64,000 nt of DNA from Octopus vulgaris (GCA_951406725.2 OX597825.1:5394001-5458000); one strand, 5' to 3'. Counted from the stretch's first letter, positions 41,881 to 56,905 are shown. Made by a program: numbers and translations. Notes: generated by a model not told the origin, from the letters alone.

Positions 41881-42229
41881 GTATATATTAACATACATAT
41901 TTATATCTATAACTATCAAACTATCCATCTCTCAATCTATCTACCAATATATATATATGCGTGTATGAGTGTGGTTCTGTGCGCGTGTGTGTCTGTGTCT
42001 GTGTGTACGTGCGTGTGTATGTGCGTGCGCGCTCGTGTAATTAGTATGTTCGGCATTCAGCGTGTAATTACTGATAAGCGTAAGAAAAGGGTAGTGTGAA
42101 TGTGTTTAAGATTACGGATCTGTTTCACTGTGTGTGTCTTTATGTAAAGCTATATGGGAGGAGAATGGCTTATTAATTTCATATAAACGCAAGAAAGTAG
42201 TGTTATCCGTAATAATAATAATAATAATT

Positions 42230-42707
42230 TCACATTTTGGCACAAGGCCAGCAATTTCGGGTGAAGGAGTAAGTCGATTTCGTCAATCCCTGTACTCGAC
42301 TAATACTTATCCTTTTCCACTGTAGCCACAAGGCCCGAAATTTTGGGGGAGGGGGCCAGTCGATTAGATCAATCTCAGTATGCAACTGGTACTTAATTTA
42401 TCGACCCCGTAAGGATGAAAGGCAAAGTTGACCTCTGCGGAATTTGAACCCAGAGTGTAAAGACAGACGAAATACCTATTTTTTTATTACCCACAAGGGG
42501 CTAAACTCAGAGGGGACAAACAAGGACAGACATAGGTATTAAGTCGATTACATCGACCCCAGTGCGTAACTGGTACTTAATTTATCGACCCCAAAAGGAT
42601 GAAAGGCAAAGTCGACCTCGGCGGAATTTGAACTCAGAACGTAACGCAGACGAAATACCGCTAAGCATTTTTCCCAGCGTATTAACGATTCTGTCAGCTC
42701 GCTCCCT
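42230..42707 (-). mobile_element. SINE family A dimer plus adjacent 3' fragment
   Basis: Two monomers joined at rc of aaaaaaataggtatttcgtct. Confidence 0.9.
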
Positions 42708-43636
42708 TACGATAAAAATGACAACAGCCTTCTGATAAAAGCAGTTAGAAATTGCCCCCTTTCTAGGAGTAGGGTATTAACGAATTATTTCAATCATATT
42801 ACGCCTCGTTCAACTTCCGCTAACTGGATTCTCTGAATTTGTTCGTGATAATCTTCGGTTTTAATCGACCCGCGAAGCCTACTGCGTATTCTGAATAGTG
42901 CCCCTACTCAGAATACGGTTGTATTTTAACAGCCAATCATCGGTTAACGGCTACTGGTACTCGACTCCCCTATGTTGAGAGGGATTCTATGCTGTTTGAA
43001 TAAATGTAACAAAAGCAAAGTTTGAAGGAAACATTAGCCATGTTTTCATACTTTCTAGGGGTCAGCAAACAGGAAACAACGATTGCTACCCAAGGACTGA
43101 AACCGTGCTAGACAATGTAATTACTGGCCTTGTGTCAAAAATTGAAACAATAAAGGCAGACGTTTGTCAGAATTGTTAGGGCACCCGGAAAACGCTATGT
43201 GGTATTTGTTTCGACTCTTCATGTTCTGAGTTCAAATCCCATTAAGATTTACTTTGCCTTTAATCATTTTGGGATTGTTAAAATAAGATACTCATCAAGC
43301 ACCTGAGGACAATAAAATCGACGAATTTCCTCTCGCTAAATTTACTGATCTTGTATCAAAATTTCAGGTATATATTGTTGCTGTTGTTGTCGATGTCGCT
43401 GCTGCTGCTTTAATTATTTTTGTAGTGGTCGGGTGGTAGTAGTTGTTGGGGTGATAGCGGGGACGCAGTTATGTTGAAGGCAACGGGGGAATAAAAAGAG
43501 CGGAAAGTGTTAAGCGTGGAGGTGAAACTAATTTGTTTTCTCTTCTCTGACATATTCCTTTATATGCCTCCCTTTCTCTTTCTTTCCCCATCTCTCTCTA
43601 TCTCTCACTCTTTCTTTCTCCTTCTCTCTCTATCAC

Positions 43637-43678
<42 letters not shown>

Positions 43679-43993
43679 ATCATCTCTGCCTCCTGTCTAT
43701 CAACATAGAATGAAAAGCTTTACGTTAATAATGATGACTATCTTGAACGCGAGTGCCGTTTAATTGCTTGCGCAATGATAACCGGGTATCAAAGAAAACG
43801 TTGTGTCTCAGAGCTTTTGCCAATTTGCCGAGCAGCCTCCACCTCAATATAACTCAATGGCAAATACATATATACATATATGTACCTATATCTGTGTGTA
43901 TGCATGTATATACATACATATATAGATATGTATGTATATTTGTGTGTATGTTAATGAATGTATATGTGTATATATATATATGGGTGTACATGT

Positions 43994-44325
<332 letters not shown>

Positions 44326-44335
44326 TATATATACA

Positions 44336-44399
<64 letters not shown>

Positions 44400-44462
44400 T
44401 CCCGGGTTGAGTCGGGGTTAACCACAGTAAATAAGGTACTCAATACATAGCAGAGTAAATTA

Positions 44463-44598
44463 ATTTATTTTATAGAAGGAGCTTCTACAGGACTAGAACT
44501 GTTTCATTCAAAAGAAATCATCAGGAAGCCATGGCTTCCTGATGATTTCTTTTGAATGAAACAGTTCTAGTCCTGTAGAAGCTCCTTCTATAAAATAA

Positions 44599-44600
<2 letters not shown>
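44463..44600. ncRNA. Perfect 138-bp palindrome with a complete hammerhead ribozyme on each strand (+ 44534-44582; - 44481-44529)
   Basis: gcttc CTGATGA t ttc tttt gaa t GAAA cag ttctagtc ctg TA gaagc; axis at ccatgg 44529-44534. Confidence 0.8.
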
Positions 44601-44645
<45 letters not shown>

Positions 44646-45079
44646 TGTATGTATATAAATTTTCGAATGCATGTATATATGTGTATGTGCATGCATGCTT
44701 GTATACGTAAGTATGTATAAATACACGCATGAATGCACGTATGTATGTTTGTATGTATGTGTATGTCTATGTATGTGTGTGTGTAATTCATCAAGCGACT
44801 TCATTCCCCGGATCATTAAATACGCAGAGAATAAAAAGAAAGATAAAAATTACATAAAATACGAATAAAAGCAAAATGCTGGACCGAACCGATGGAATCG
44901 CTATAATCGCCGATTTTTTATTTTTTTTTTTCGCTTTCGCTCTTTCTGTTTCATGCGTGCATGCATAAACACACACACACACACACACACGTACACACAC
45001 ACGCACATACACACACACACACACACACACATACACACACACATACACACATACATACATACATACATACATACATACA

Positions 45080-45110
<31 letters not shown>

Positions 45111-45314
45111 TCTTCACAGCATCACGAAGACACTCACACAGACACATCTATATACACACTGTACACACATTAGTGTATTTGTCTGTGTGTGTGTGTCTGT
45201 GTGTGTGTATACAGAGAGAGAGAGACATGTATGTGGTTACTTGAGCGTGTATGCGCGCGCGTTGTGTTGTGAGAGAATGTGTATGTGTGTGTGTGCGTAG
45301 TGTGTGTGTGTGCG

Positions 45315-45369
<55 letters not shown>

Positions 45370-45519
45370 TTTAACGGAATACAGAAAACGTAAACGGTAT
45401 AAGTGTTATAAATACAGGGTACACGTGTTTCAGAAGAGCAGTAAAACATTATATGCTCAAATTCCGTGACAGATGCAGCTATATATGTGTGTATTATATT
45501 ATATTATATTATATTATAT

Positions 45520-45566
<47 letters not shown>

Positions 45567-45569
<3 letters not shown>

Positions 45570-45746
45570 ATATTAAATTAGAGATAAAACCACTATTAGG
45601 CAAATCAAACAGTGAAATATTTTATCTTATACTCTTTATCTTTTATTAAACTTTTAATACTTTTGATATATTATAATATAAAAAAAATAAAAATAAAAAT
45701 AAATAAATTAATTAATTAATAAAATAATATATAAATATAAAAAAAT

Positions 45747-45783
<37 letters not shown>

Positions 45784-46020
45784 TGTATATATATATAAAA
45801 TTTATAAGTTTAAATTATTTAAATAATTTTTTATTTTAAACTTTTATATTTTAAATTAATTTTCTGTATTGGCTTATGTTTTTCACTGTTTGATTTGCCA
45901 AATAGTGATTTTATCTCTAATTTAATATAATATAATATAATATATTTATACTATATAATTGCATTTAATCCTAAATCTCATTTTCCCCTGTAAGTTTGGA
46001 TTTATTCCCTAATATTATTA
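45567..46020. mobile_element. Second copy of the fold-back element family (arms 45567-45617 and 45881-45930, same tail)
   Basis: tattaaattagagataaaaccactattaggcaaatcaaacagtgaaa with its reverse complement; tail atttaatcctaaatct...ccctgtaa.tttggat.tattccctaatatt. Confidence 0.75.
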
Positions 46021-46021
46021 T

Positions 46022-46081
<60 letters not shown>

Positions 46082-46889
46082 TTGTTATATGTTTTATCTT
46101 ATATTTAATCTTTCTATAATATGTAATTTTTCTAAATAGTATAATTTAATTTTTCATTATTGAATTGATAAAAGGTGCTTTTTTTTCTAATTTATATATA
46201 TATATATATACATTATTTAAAAGCAGCAGAAATATCACAAAATCTGTTACTTTTAAATAAAGCACAAAACTCTTTTTTTCCCGCCTTGTTTCACATTTAT
46301 GTGCTTGCTCCGGTATATATAAACACATACATATTTCCGTTAACAAATCCACCCACAAAGCTTTGGTCGGTCGGGGGCTATAGTGGGACTGAACCCAGAA
46401 TCATGTGGTTGCGAACTAATCATCTTACCACACAGCCACACCTGGAACCTATATTTTCCCAATTAGCTAGTGTTATTCGAAAATTGAAAAAAACTGAAAA
46501 TTAACGATATTATTCTTGTTTAATTACCCCCAAAAGGACTTCCGTTCAGAAATAAAGACAAAAAAAAAATAAAATGGCCGAGTAGGGGTTAGAGCTGAAT
46601 CTCTCATCCTCAGGCTAGATTATAAAACAATGCCACAGTAATCGTAACCAATACATTTTTCGACATGAGTTGTTTTTCCGAAAGACCTGAAACAAAAACA
46701 AAATTATAATTTTGTACGTCACGAGACAGACATGTTGGCTACCTTGTCTGTAGTCTTTGTCATGTGCAAGATAAAATAAACTTGACAACAGTTTGTCAGT
46801 GTGTGGGACGGCATAGACAAATCATTGACTTCTCGCCGCCAGGCAAAGATAAGAAAAGCAAACGTAAAATACACAAATAACACATACAC

Positions 46890-46946
<57 letters not shown>

Positions 46947-46981
46947 ACAATACATATGTGTGTGTTTGTGTATATGTATAT

Positions 46982-47198
46982 ATTCTTTTTATTGTTTCAG
47001 TCATTTGATTGTGGCCATGCTGGAGCACCACCTTAAGAGGGTTTTAGTAGAACAAATCGACCCCAGGAGTGATTGTAAGCCCAGTATTTATTCTATTGTC
47101 TCCCTTTTGCTGAACATCTAAATTACGTGAACATAAATACACCAACATCGGTTGTCACGCGATGGTGGGTGGGGACAGACACTAACACAAACACACAA

Positions 47199-47232
<34 letters not shown>

Positions 47233-47390
47233 GACGGGCTTCTTTCAGTTTCCTCCTGCCAAATCCACTCAGAAGGCTTTGGTCGACCCGCGGCAATAGT
47301 AGAAGATACTTGCCGAAGGTGTCATGCTATGGGACTGAACCCAGAACCATGCGACTGGGAAGCAGGCTTCTTACCACACAGCCACTCCTA
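46982..47390 (-). mobile_element. SINE family B, full length (partial copy at 46330-46447)
   Basis: Similarity to 8383-8777. Confidence 0.85.
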
Positions 47391-47401
47391 TATATATATA
47401 C

Positions 47402-47446
<45 letters not shown>

Positions 47447-47453
47447 CGTATTA

Positions 47454-47497
<44 letters not shown>

Positions 47498-47509
47498 TTT
47501 TATATAATC

Positions 47510-47582
<73 letters not shown>

Positions 47583-47785
47583 ATGATTAAAGCCACGTTT
47601 AAGACGACTAATTTGACCGAATTTCTGAATTTGAGAACACACCGAAATAAATTACAGTTAAATTCAGTATGGCTAATCTCTGGTTCAGAAAAGTGCTGTG
47701 TCATTTTAACTTCGTTAATCGTTGCCATAACGCCTTCTCGAAACTTCGAAATCGTTTTCAATACACGTCAGTTCGTCCCACTTAC

Positions 47786-47841
<56 letters not shown>

Positions 47842-48632
47842 CGTGCGTGTGTCTGTGTGTTTGTGTCTGTGTTTATGTGTGTGTGCAACCTTACATCATG
47901 TTAACCACTATCCAGCTCCAGGGACGCCAGAACACTCGTGATAGTAAGCGAATATTTAGGAGTAATGTGTCCCCCCCCCCCGCCCAATTCTCGTCATAAA
48001 ATCCATAAGGAAGATGGAGAACTCCTGATTTTTAACTTCGCACTGTGTTGGGAAATGCTGTGGTTGGGAAGGACTAAAACAACCTCCTACTGATAGAAAA
48101 GCTCCGTTTTGTAACAGCAATTAGTTGCAACTGATGCTCCCACCAGCCATCTGCGTTGTTTCTTGTCACTGGAAAATTGTAGATGAAACTTCGAGAATGG
48201 TATTTATATTGTACAAGCGTTCGTGACTATAATCTCTGCGAGATACATTCACATTCAAACACTGAAGTACGTTATGTCTCTCATAACTAGTATTATTCAT
48301 CGTTGAAGTATCTTATAAGGAATAGAACAAAATAACCAGTGTTAAACATACTGGCCTCTCAAAATCTTTTGATGCTGGGTATGGACATGGTGTGGACATT
48401 GCCTCGCTTATAGTCACAAATCTGTAGATTGGAGAGCAAGAGATTGATCTTAGCATCATTTTCTTCGACTTTACCAGTTAGAAGACTTGGGTGGAATTTC
48501 TTGTTACTGTGCAGCCTTATTCAAGGAAAGCATTGGTCACCCATTTGGTAGGGAGAGACTTGAATACGCGCCCAAAATATTGCCTGCATAATCTGCGACG
48601 CTTTGGCATTAGTAAAACAAATAGTTTTATAC

Positions 48633-48670
<38 letters not shown>

Positions 48671-48885
48671 CATTAAAATTAGTTTGAATCTTGCTTGCTT
48701 GCAATGTTACTCAGCCAAACTGGTGCATAATGGGAAAATGTTCCGAAAAGAATCTTCATCCTAGAAGGGAAGAAGCTCTTGTCTTTCTATTAGACAGTGA
48801 ACTGACAACGAAATCATGCGATTAATTTTTTACAATAAATGTTTCTATTTTCGTTTTTGTTAAACACAAATACATATATATATAT

Positions 48886-48924
<39 letters not shown>

Positions 48925-49049
48925 CACAAACATACATGCACACATAAATACAGATAAAGTATTTATATTTTAGCTTTCTTTAAACAGACAATATTTTAAC
49001 GTTTTTTAAATTATTTTCAAGTGAATATCACTACAAACAATTTTTGACA

Positions 49050-49448
49050 TCTTTATATATAAAAGTAAGGTTGTGTGTCTGTCTCCTACGATTTAGATTC
49101 CTAACTACTCCCACATTTTGCGGTGTAGTTTAACCAAAACCGAGTATCTTATAGTCGTGATTCATATCGAGCCCTTCTGGGTATTAGCGCGCGTCTACGA
49201 TGAGTCTACGATTTAAAAAAAATTTACCATCATTTTTTTCCATTTTAATGCAATTTTTCGCTATTATATAAGGGAAGTAACTCTCTAAAAATGTCTACGA
49301 TGAGTCAACGATTTTTACAAAAATTTACCATCATTTTTTTTCCATTTTTAATGCATTTTCTTTTGCTATTTTTTGGCTATAACTCTCTAAAAATGCTTAT
49401 ATAGTTATTTCCCTTACAAACCCGAGCAACGCCGGGCGATACTGCTAG
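49050..49448 (+). mobile_element. Non-autonomous Helitron
   Basis: A|TCtttatatataaaag start, 3' hairpin cccgagcaacgccggg (49421-49436), CTAG|T end, no TSD; internal 100-bp tandem duplication. Confidence 0.88.
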
Positions 49449-50332
49449 TAATTAATAAATATCCTAAAGGGAAAATGACTTTAAAAATACGGTAAATATT
49501 TCGCAAAAGACCCGTTCATAACCTTGGTGTGAAACCTTAGTTTTTTTCCGTAGTTTTTTTCAAGAGCATTCAATGTATTCCACCTCCAGAGATTTGGCTG
49601 CTATTTCCTGTGACGTATATATTACCCAGCAGGCTCCCTTTTGCCAGCTGATTGGCTTGGTGCAATATGAAATGAAGCATTGCCCGGTCTAGGATTCGAA
49701 ACAACAATCTTACGTTCACGAGTGTAAATCTCTAACCACTAAACCGCTCGCCTATAAGTACATGTAAACATATCTACAGATGCTTGAAATACAGTTGACG
49801 AACAACACATGTGTGTGTATGTGTGTGCGGGTGCGTGAGTGGGTGCGTTTGTGGGTGTGGGGGAGTGTGTATGTGTGTGTGTGTACTGTGAATATGTATG
49901 TACATATATGCATATATCTATAGCCACATGGTTATACATACATACACACGCACACAATTATCTGTATCTATGTCTATCTATCTATAAATCCATATATGTG
50001 TGCGTATGTGTGTGTAGGAGTGCTGCAGTTTGCTTGAAGCAATCTAGTAGAGAGTTAGAAAAGATAAAGAAAGCTTCTAACAATGTAGAAAATTTTGCAA
50101 AAATGCTTTTATATAAAATAACAAAACTAATCTAAATACAAATTTCTTGGATTGCTTCCTTCTAAAGATAGGCTTTTGCGCCCCAAATATAATGCTTATT
50201 TTGTAAAACCTTTTCCACTTTTAGAAGCTTTTTATTTCCACTTTCTTTCGCTTTCCACACAAACACACACACATACACACAAACACATACACACAAACAC
50301 ATACACACATACATACACACACACAGACACAA

Positions 50333-50397
<65 letters not shown>

Positions 50398-51595
50398 AAC
50401 ATACATGCACACATAAATATGCTGATAAACACTTGTTTGTCGTGTATTAGTGAGCAAAAAGATACTTTTATTTCATTTTAATTTCTTTAGAATTTTAATA
50501 ATTCAAATACAAAATATAAATACATTTAAAAACAAAACACATGTAGGATACTTAGTAATTACTAATTATAAATATTACGGAGATGTACTTGCATAGCAAG
50601 TGACCTGATCTGAGATCGTGAGCTGAAACGACAACAATTGCAGCGTGGAAGGTGTTTATTAGCCATTTAAGAAACACACAAAAACCGTTTGATTCACTTC
50701 AACATTTAAATGTAATTTGTCAAAATATTTTCGTCGTTTTGAAACCGCGTAGAAATTGTAATTATAAATAGCAGGAGATAAAACAATTCATTATCAGTTA
50801 ATGAGTTAAAGGTAAAAAAGATAATTAATAGAAATAGTAACTTATGGTGATGAGTCACCCCTTCAAAATTTAATACGGGTAAGTATTGATGTAAATAAAT
50901 AGTTTTTGGCGCGTACCCATATATGTACATATAGGTGAGTGTGTATGGGTGTATGTGCATACAGGAACATATATGTTTTTGTGTGCCTGTGTATATATAT
51001 GTATATACAGGCATACACATACACCCACACACAAATACACACATACTATATATTTATGTGTGTATGTGTATGAATAGATATAGATATATATTTATTATAT
51101 TCATATTTTTTTAATAATTACTTGTATTCTTATTTTATTTGCATAGAATAATATACTATATGTATGTATGTTATTATAATTATCATTCTAATTAATAAAT
51201 AAATAAGTTAACATAATTTAATGTCCAAAAGTTGATGAACCAACTATTGTTCTCCTCCATTTTCTTATTTGCAATATATATATATATAGCCGATTGGCTT
51301 TTATAAATGGGAAAACAGCTCAGTATATGTATGTATATATACATGTATATATATGTATATACACACACGAATGCGCCCGCACTCACACACACACACACAT
51401 AGCCGATTGGCTTTTAAAAATGTGAAAACAACTCAGTATATTATTGACTGATGAGGAAGCAGCTTTGAATTTTCCGTGTATTTAAGGTTTTTGTCTATTT
51501 TCCCGTTTGTGGTGCTCTTTTAATTCAGTCCTTGAAATCTCTATGTTACGCAACGCACCCCCACCCTTTATATTTGTTTACTAGTATATATAATA

Positions 51596-51654
<59 letters not shown>

Positions 51655-51657
<3 letters not shown>

Positions 51658-51860
51658 ACGGGAAGCTTTATGAAAATAAACAAAAGACGAAGGCAGGTGG
51701 AATACAAACAAACAATTGTATTAGTATGGCGCTCAGGAAATATAAATAAAACAAGTCTTTAACGTTTCGAGCCTATGCTCTTCAACAGAAAGATACACAG
51801 AGAAGAAACACAGAAAGAAGGAGAGAAAAAAATGCATGCAGAGGCTAGCGAATCAACATG
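51655..51860 (-). mobile_element. pLTR-like element family HC with hammerhead-like motif at 51756-51793
   Basis: rc tcttt CTGTTGA a gagc atag gctc GAAA cg TT aaaga. Confidence 0.7.
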
Positions 51861-51863
51861 GCG

Positions 51864-51966
<103 letters not shown>

Positions 51967-52019
51967 TATATGCATTCATAAATACACATACACACACATA
52001 TATATATATATACGTTCTT

Positions 52020-52320
52020 TCATGCATTCCTTCGATTTTCATTGTGCCTTGTGACACTTGAGGCGACCGCAAGATCATTCCATCTTCTAACACTGAAAAG
52101 CCTCTTTTACAGCTTGTTCCATTGTTAACCCTCTGCTTTTAAGATCTTTTGTTATTGTTCTCCGCCACGTTTCATTTTGTTGGCCACGTCTTCTTTTACT
52201 TCGTGGAACCCATTGCAAAGCGATCCTGACAACTGAGTTCGGTTTATGGCGACAAACTCGACCCAGTCATTTCCATCTCTTTGCTTCAGTAGATTTGGTA
52301 TGTAGATGCCTATTCGAGAT
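52020..52320 (-). mobile_element. RTE-clade LINE 3' remnant
   Basis: rc translates KRWK*LGRVCRHKPNSVVRIALQWVPRSKRRRGQQNETWRRTITKDLKSRGLTMEQA, the typical RTE C-terminal W.GHV.R...GKR.RGRP..TW motif. Confidence 0.8.
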
Positions 52321-52400
52321 CATATTCTGTCAATAGACCTTAAATTTTTTTCGTAAACTTCTATTTTAAAATACCTCCAATTTCTTTTCAATACTTTTGG

Positions 52401-52513
<113 letters not shown>

Positions 52514-52520
52514 GATAGAG

Positions 52521-52599
<79 letters not shown>

Positions 52600-52799
52600 C
52601 AGATAGATAAATCTTCCTTGGAAATGGATGCGTGGCGTTCAATCATATAATAATATAAATAATATATAAATATATATGCATACATACATATATGTTCATA
52701 CATATATATGTATAAACACATGCATATATGGGCACAGGACACCACAGCACGTAAACAACATGAAATACGAAAACAACATAAAATACGAAATACGAAATA

Positions 52800-52860
<61 letters not shown>

Positions 52861-52923
52861 CATACATACATTCAAATTACTTCCTTCATATTTTCTATAG
52901 GAAATAGATGTTAGAAAAAAAGA

Positions 52924-52939
52924 TTATTATTATAAATTA

Positions 52940-53004
<65 letters not shown>

Positions 53005-53020
53005 GTTGTTGTTTTTGTTG

Positions 53021-53075
<55 letters not shown>

Positions 53076-53092
53076 CATTATTATCATTATTA

Positions 53093-53139
<47 letters not shown>

Positions 53140-53180
53140 GTTGTTGTTGTTGTTGTTATTGTTATCATTATTGTTGTTGT
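52924..53180. repeat. (ATT/GTT)n microsatellite
   Basis: Directly visible. Confidence 0.95.
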
Positions 53181-53855
53181 ATAAAAGTGTTGAACAATGA
53201 ATCTGGTTAAACAGAAAACTGAATTTTAGCATCGACATGAATTGGGTATTTTCGGAGTTAATTATTCACAGCCATCTTAGACTAAATGCAGTTAATTTAT
53301 GCACAGGGATGGAACAGATTTTTCTCCGCGAGGCTAAGCCCTATAAAATTAAGAGGACTGACCGATATCCCACATACACCATTGAACTACTATGCCTTTT
53401 GGGTAAAAAGGAGAGTAAGAACCCACGTATGTATATTTCTTTCAATCTTATCGACTTTCTCTCTAAACACATTTGATATCTCATTCTACAGCTTATCCAA
53501 GACTGCAAAATAACAAATTTTAAACTGAACGCCATTGTCAACTTATCTGGTCCTCCATATAGCCTCAGAAATGTAATTTTCTTTTATGCTTAAATTTAAA
53601 AATTGCCCTAAGAATGTGAAACAAATGGAAATAGATATGCAAATGGCAATATTATTTTTGCATTAAAATTAATATGATATACATTAAACATAGCTTTCAT
53701 TCATGGTTCCCTCAAAATTTTTAGATTTCAAGCGCCAAAATTACTTTAAAAGATGTCAGGGATGAGAAATGGATCTATTGAATAAATCGATTTTATTCTC
53801 CGTAGGGGTCAATACACTGAGAACTAAGAGAACCCTGTTAGCAGACTAAAATACG

Positions 53856-53903
<48 letters not shown>

Positions 53904-53941
53904 ATTTAGAAAAAGGAGGGCGTCACAATTTTGAATAATTC

Positions 53942-53985
53942 TTTATTAGCGCTTTCGTTCGTTTAACCGAACTTTTCAAGACAAA
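53942..53985 (-). ncRNA. Hammerhead-like motif with CUUGAAAA core variant
   Basis: rc tttgt CTTGAAAA gttcg gttaaa cgaac GAAA gcgc TA ataaa; palindromic stem III AGCGCT. Confidence 0.55.
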
Positions 53986-54083
53986 AATTTAAACCTAAAT
54001 GCTTCTTTTTTCTCAATATGCAATATTTGTACACCACTTCAAGCACCAAACACACACACACATTTCGACCGGCGGCCTAACGT

Positions 54084-54297
54084 TTCTTATTTCTTAATTA
54101 CCCACAAGGATCAAAACACAGAGGGGGCAAACAAAGACAGCCAAAGGGATTAAGTTGATTACATCGATTCCAGTGCGTAACTGGTACTTATTTAATCGAC
54201 TTCGAAAGAATAAAAGGCAAAGTCGACCTCGGCAGAATTTGAACTCAGAACATAACGGCAGATTATTATTTCTAACGTTTCTGCCAATTCACCGCCT
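54084..54297 (-). mobile_element. SINE family A (diverged)
   Basis: aaaggcaaagtcgacctcggcagaatttgaactcagaac. Confidence 0.85.
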
Positions 54298-54642
54298 TAT
54301 TTGGAACAAATGTACCACACGCTCATACATCTACGGTACTAGTCACGTATAATATAGAACTAAAGCTGACTAATGCAGAGTTTATTAATCGAACACCAAA
54401 ATATATTTTATAACCTACATATTATTTGTCAGATAAGATTGATACGAAATCTTAGAACACCTATCAGTAAGGACTCCGGCAATCAGCAAACAATGAGTCA
54501 CTTATCTATATTGACGTTTCATTTCATTATTTTTAATCAGAAGTTTATATGCTCACCTATTTTCGCACTTCATAAGGACTTATGTCTATTTATGATCCGT
54601 ATACATATATGTACATATAAGTATATATATATATATATATGT

Positions 54643-54704
<62 letters not shown>

Positions 54705-54719
54705 ATATATGTATATATA

Positions 54720-55047
54720 TACTGGTGTCCCATTTATCTTTACACAACACATTTTTTTCAATTTCGCTGCAATCATATTTTTCTACCTTCATGCCCAGGA
54801 TGGAGCAATAGTTTAGCTGGTCTTAAAGAAAGTATTCAGTTAGCAGTGCAGGAGATAACTCCTGAAATGATTCAAAATGCGTTTTGCAACGCCAAGGATA
54901 GATTGGAATTTGCAGAGAAACAAACGGAGCACATGTTGAAAATAAATCTGTTTTTGTTTCATAATTAATAAACATAAAATTTAGTCACTTTTAAAACATT
55001 TCCGCGATTTCATTGGAATGGATAGTTAATTCTGGGACACCCTGAAT
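54720..55047 (+). mobile_element. Internally deleted Tc1/mariner-superfamily element
   Basis: TA-flanked termini actggtgtccca / tgggacaccctg; encodes LAGLKESIQLAVQEITPEMIQNAFCNAKDRLEFAEKQTEH, resembling the Tc1/DD37D-like transposase C-terminus. Confidence 0.6.
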
Positions 55048-55326
55048 ATATACTGTTGTGTCTAGGTAGGGTCATTACGCCAATATTACAAACACACTCA
55101 CTGGTTCAATTTCCCTCCTCTATTACTAGTCAATTGGTAAAATATCTATTCAACTAACTGATTGATTGTTTAACTTGTTGGTTAAACAATCAATCGTTTA
55201 TTGTTGGTTGTTTTCTGCTTTCAAATTATTTCGTCACCCTTCGCAACCTTTTCAGTAAATTATCTCCATCAGAAGGCGATCTTCGTCTGTGTGTGTATAT
55301 GTATGTATATATATATATATATATAT

Positions 55327-55489
<163 letters not shown>

Positions 55490-56004
55490 CACATACATAT
55501 ATATATACATATATATATAACGTAAGTTCTCACCTTCGAAGGAAGTCTGATGAAGTGCCGCTCTCATGTCTAAAACCACAAATATTACATATATTTTCAC
55601 TTCGAAACTGGCGTTGCAAGCAGAATTGGTACGGAAACAATTGTAACGAGCCATTAAAGATGTGTTAAAGGATTTCTTTGTCTTATTATTTTGATTCTAT
55701 ATACCTTTGTCTCATGAACGAACACAAGAAATCTTTTGTTGTACTATACCTGTGTTTACTTACCTTCCACACTACACACGTACTTGAAAGCTTGCGCGCA
55801 TGCAATCTTGCGCACACATGATCTTTCTCACGCACTTACAGAATTCGTTGTACCTAACTAACGCTCACCCGCATGGACACACACACCAGAACGTACTTAT
55901 GTACGAACGTGTAGTCACATACTCGTCTTCCCCTTCTCACATCCATTTCTCCCACCCACGTCTATGTAAAAATAGAAATATAGAAACTATAATCTAAGAT
56001 TCTC

Positions 56005-56038
<34 letters not shown>

Positions 56039-56328
56039 CAAGAGTAAAGCGTGCATGTCATTCATGAGGTCATTCACGAGGGAACGATTAACTAAACAAT
56101 CAATTAGTTAATTGGTTAATTGGACAAAGGAATAAATGAAGTGAAATGGAACCAGTGTGTGTATTTATTATTGGCATAATGATCCTCCGGAGACACACTA
56201 CGCACATGTATATATTTATGAATACCCACACATACATACATACTTACATACACATACACACACACATACACACACACACAAACATACACACATACACACA
56301 TACACGCATATACATATATGTCTTTCTG

Positions 56329-56479
56329 AGGCGCAGGTGTGACAAGAAGCTTGCTTTCCAGCTACGTGGTTCTGGGTTCACTCTGACTGTGTGGTACCTT
56401 GGGCAATTGTTTCTACTATAGTCGCAAGCCTATCAAAACCTTGTCAGTGGATTTGGTAGACGGAAACGGAAAGAAGCCC

Positions 56480-56518
<39 letters not shown>

Positions 56519-56770
56519 GTGCATGCGTGCGTGTGTGTGCGTATATATGTGCGTGTGTGTGTTTGTCTCTCTTTTCCTGTGTTTATCCCCCACCAGCGAT
56601 TGACAATTACTGTTGATGTGTTTATGCCCTCGTCACGAAGCAGTTCGGCAAAGGTCACTGATATAATAAGTAACAGGCTTAAAGAAAAAATAACCACTAG
56701 GGTCGATTAGTTCGACTAGAATTCCTCAAAGCAGTGCCACAGCATGACCGCACTCTAATAACGGAAACAA
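56329..56770 (+). mobile_element. SINE family B, full length, diverged
   Basis: ggcgcaggtgtg...accttgggcaa...ggatttggtagacggaaac...cagttcggcaaa...cagcatgaccgca. Confidence 0.8.
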
Positions 56771-56905
56771 ATATGTGTATCTAAGTGTATAAAGGGCGTT
56801 CGGATTAAATTTGACAGTTTGCATTAAAGAAAAAGAAAACACAATATTCCATCCAAAAATACTCTAACACTTCGGCCACGCGTCTTTACAGACATTATAT
56901 GAATA

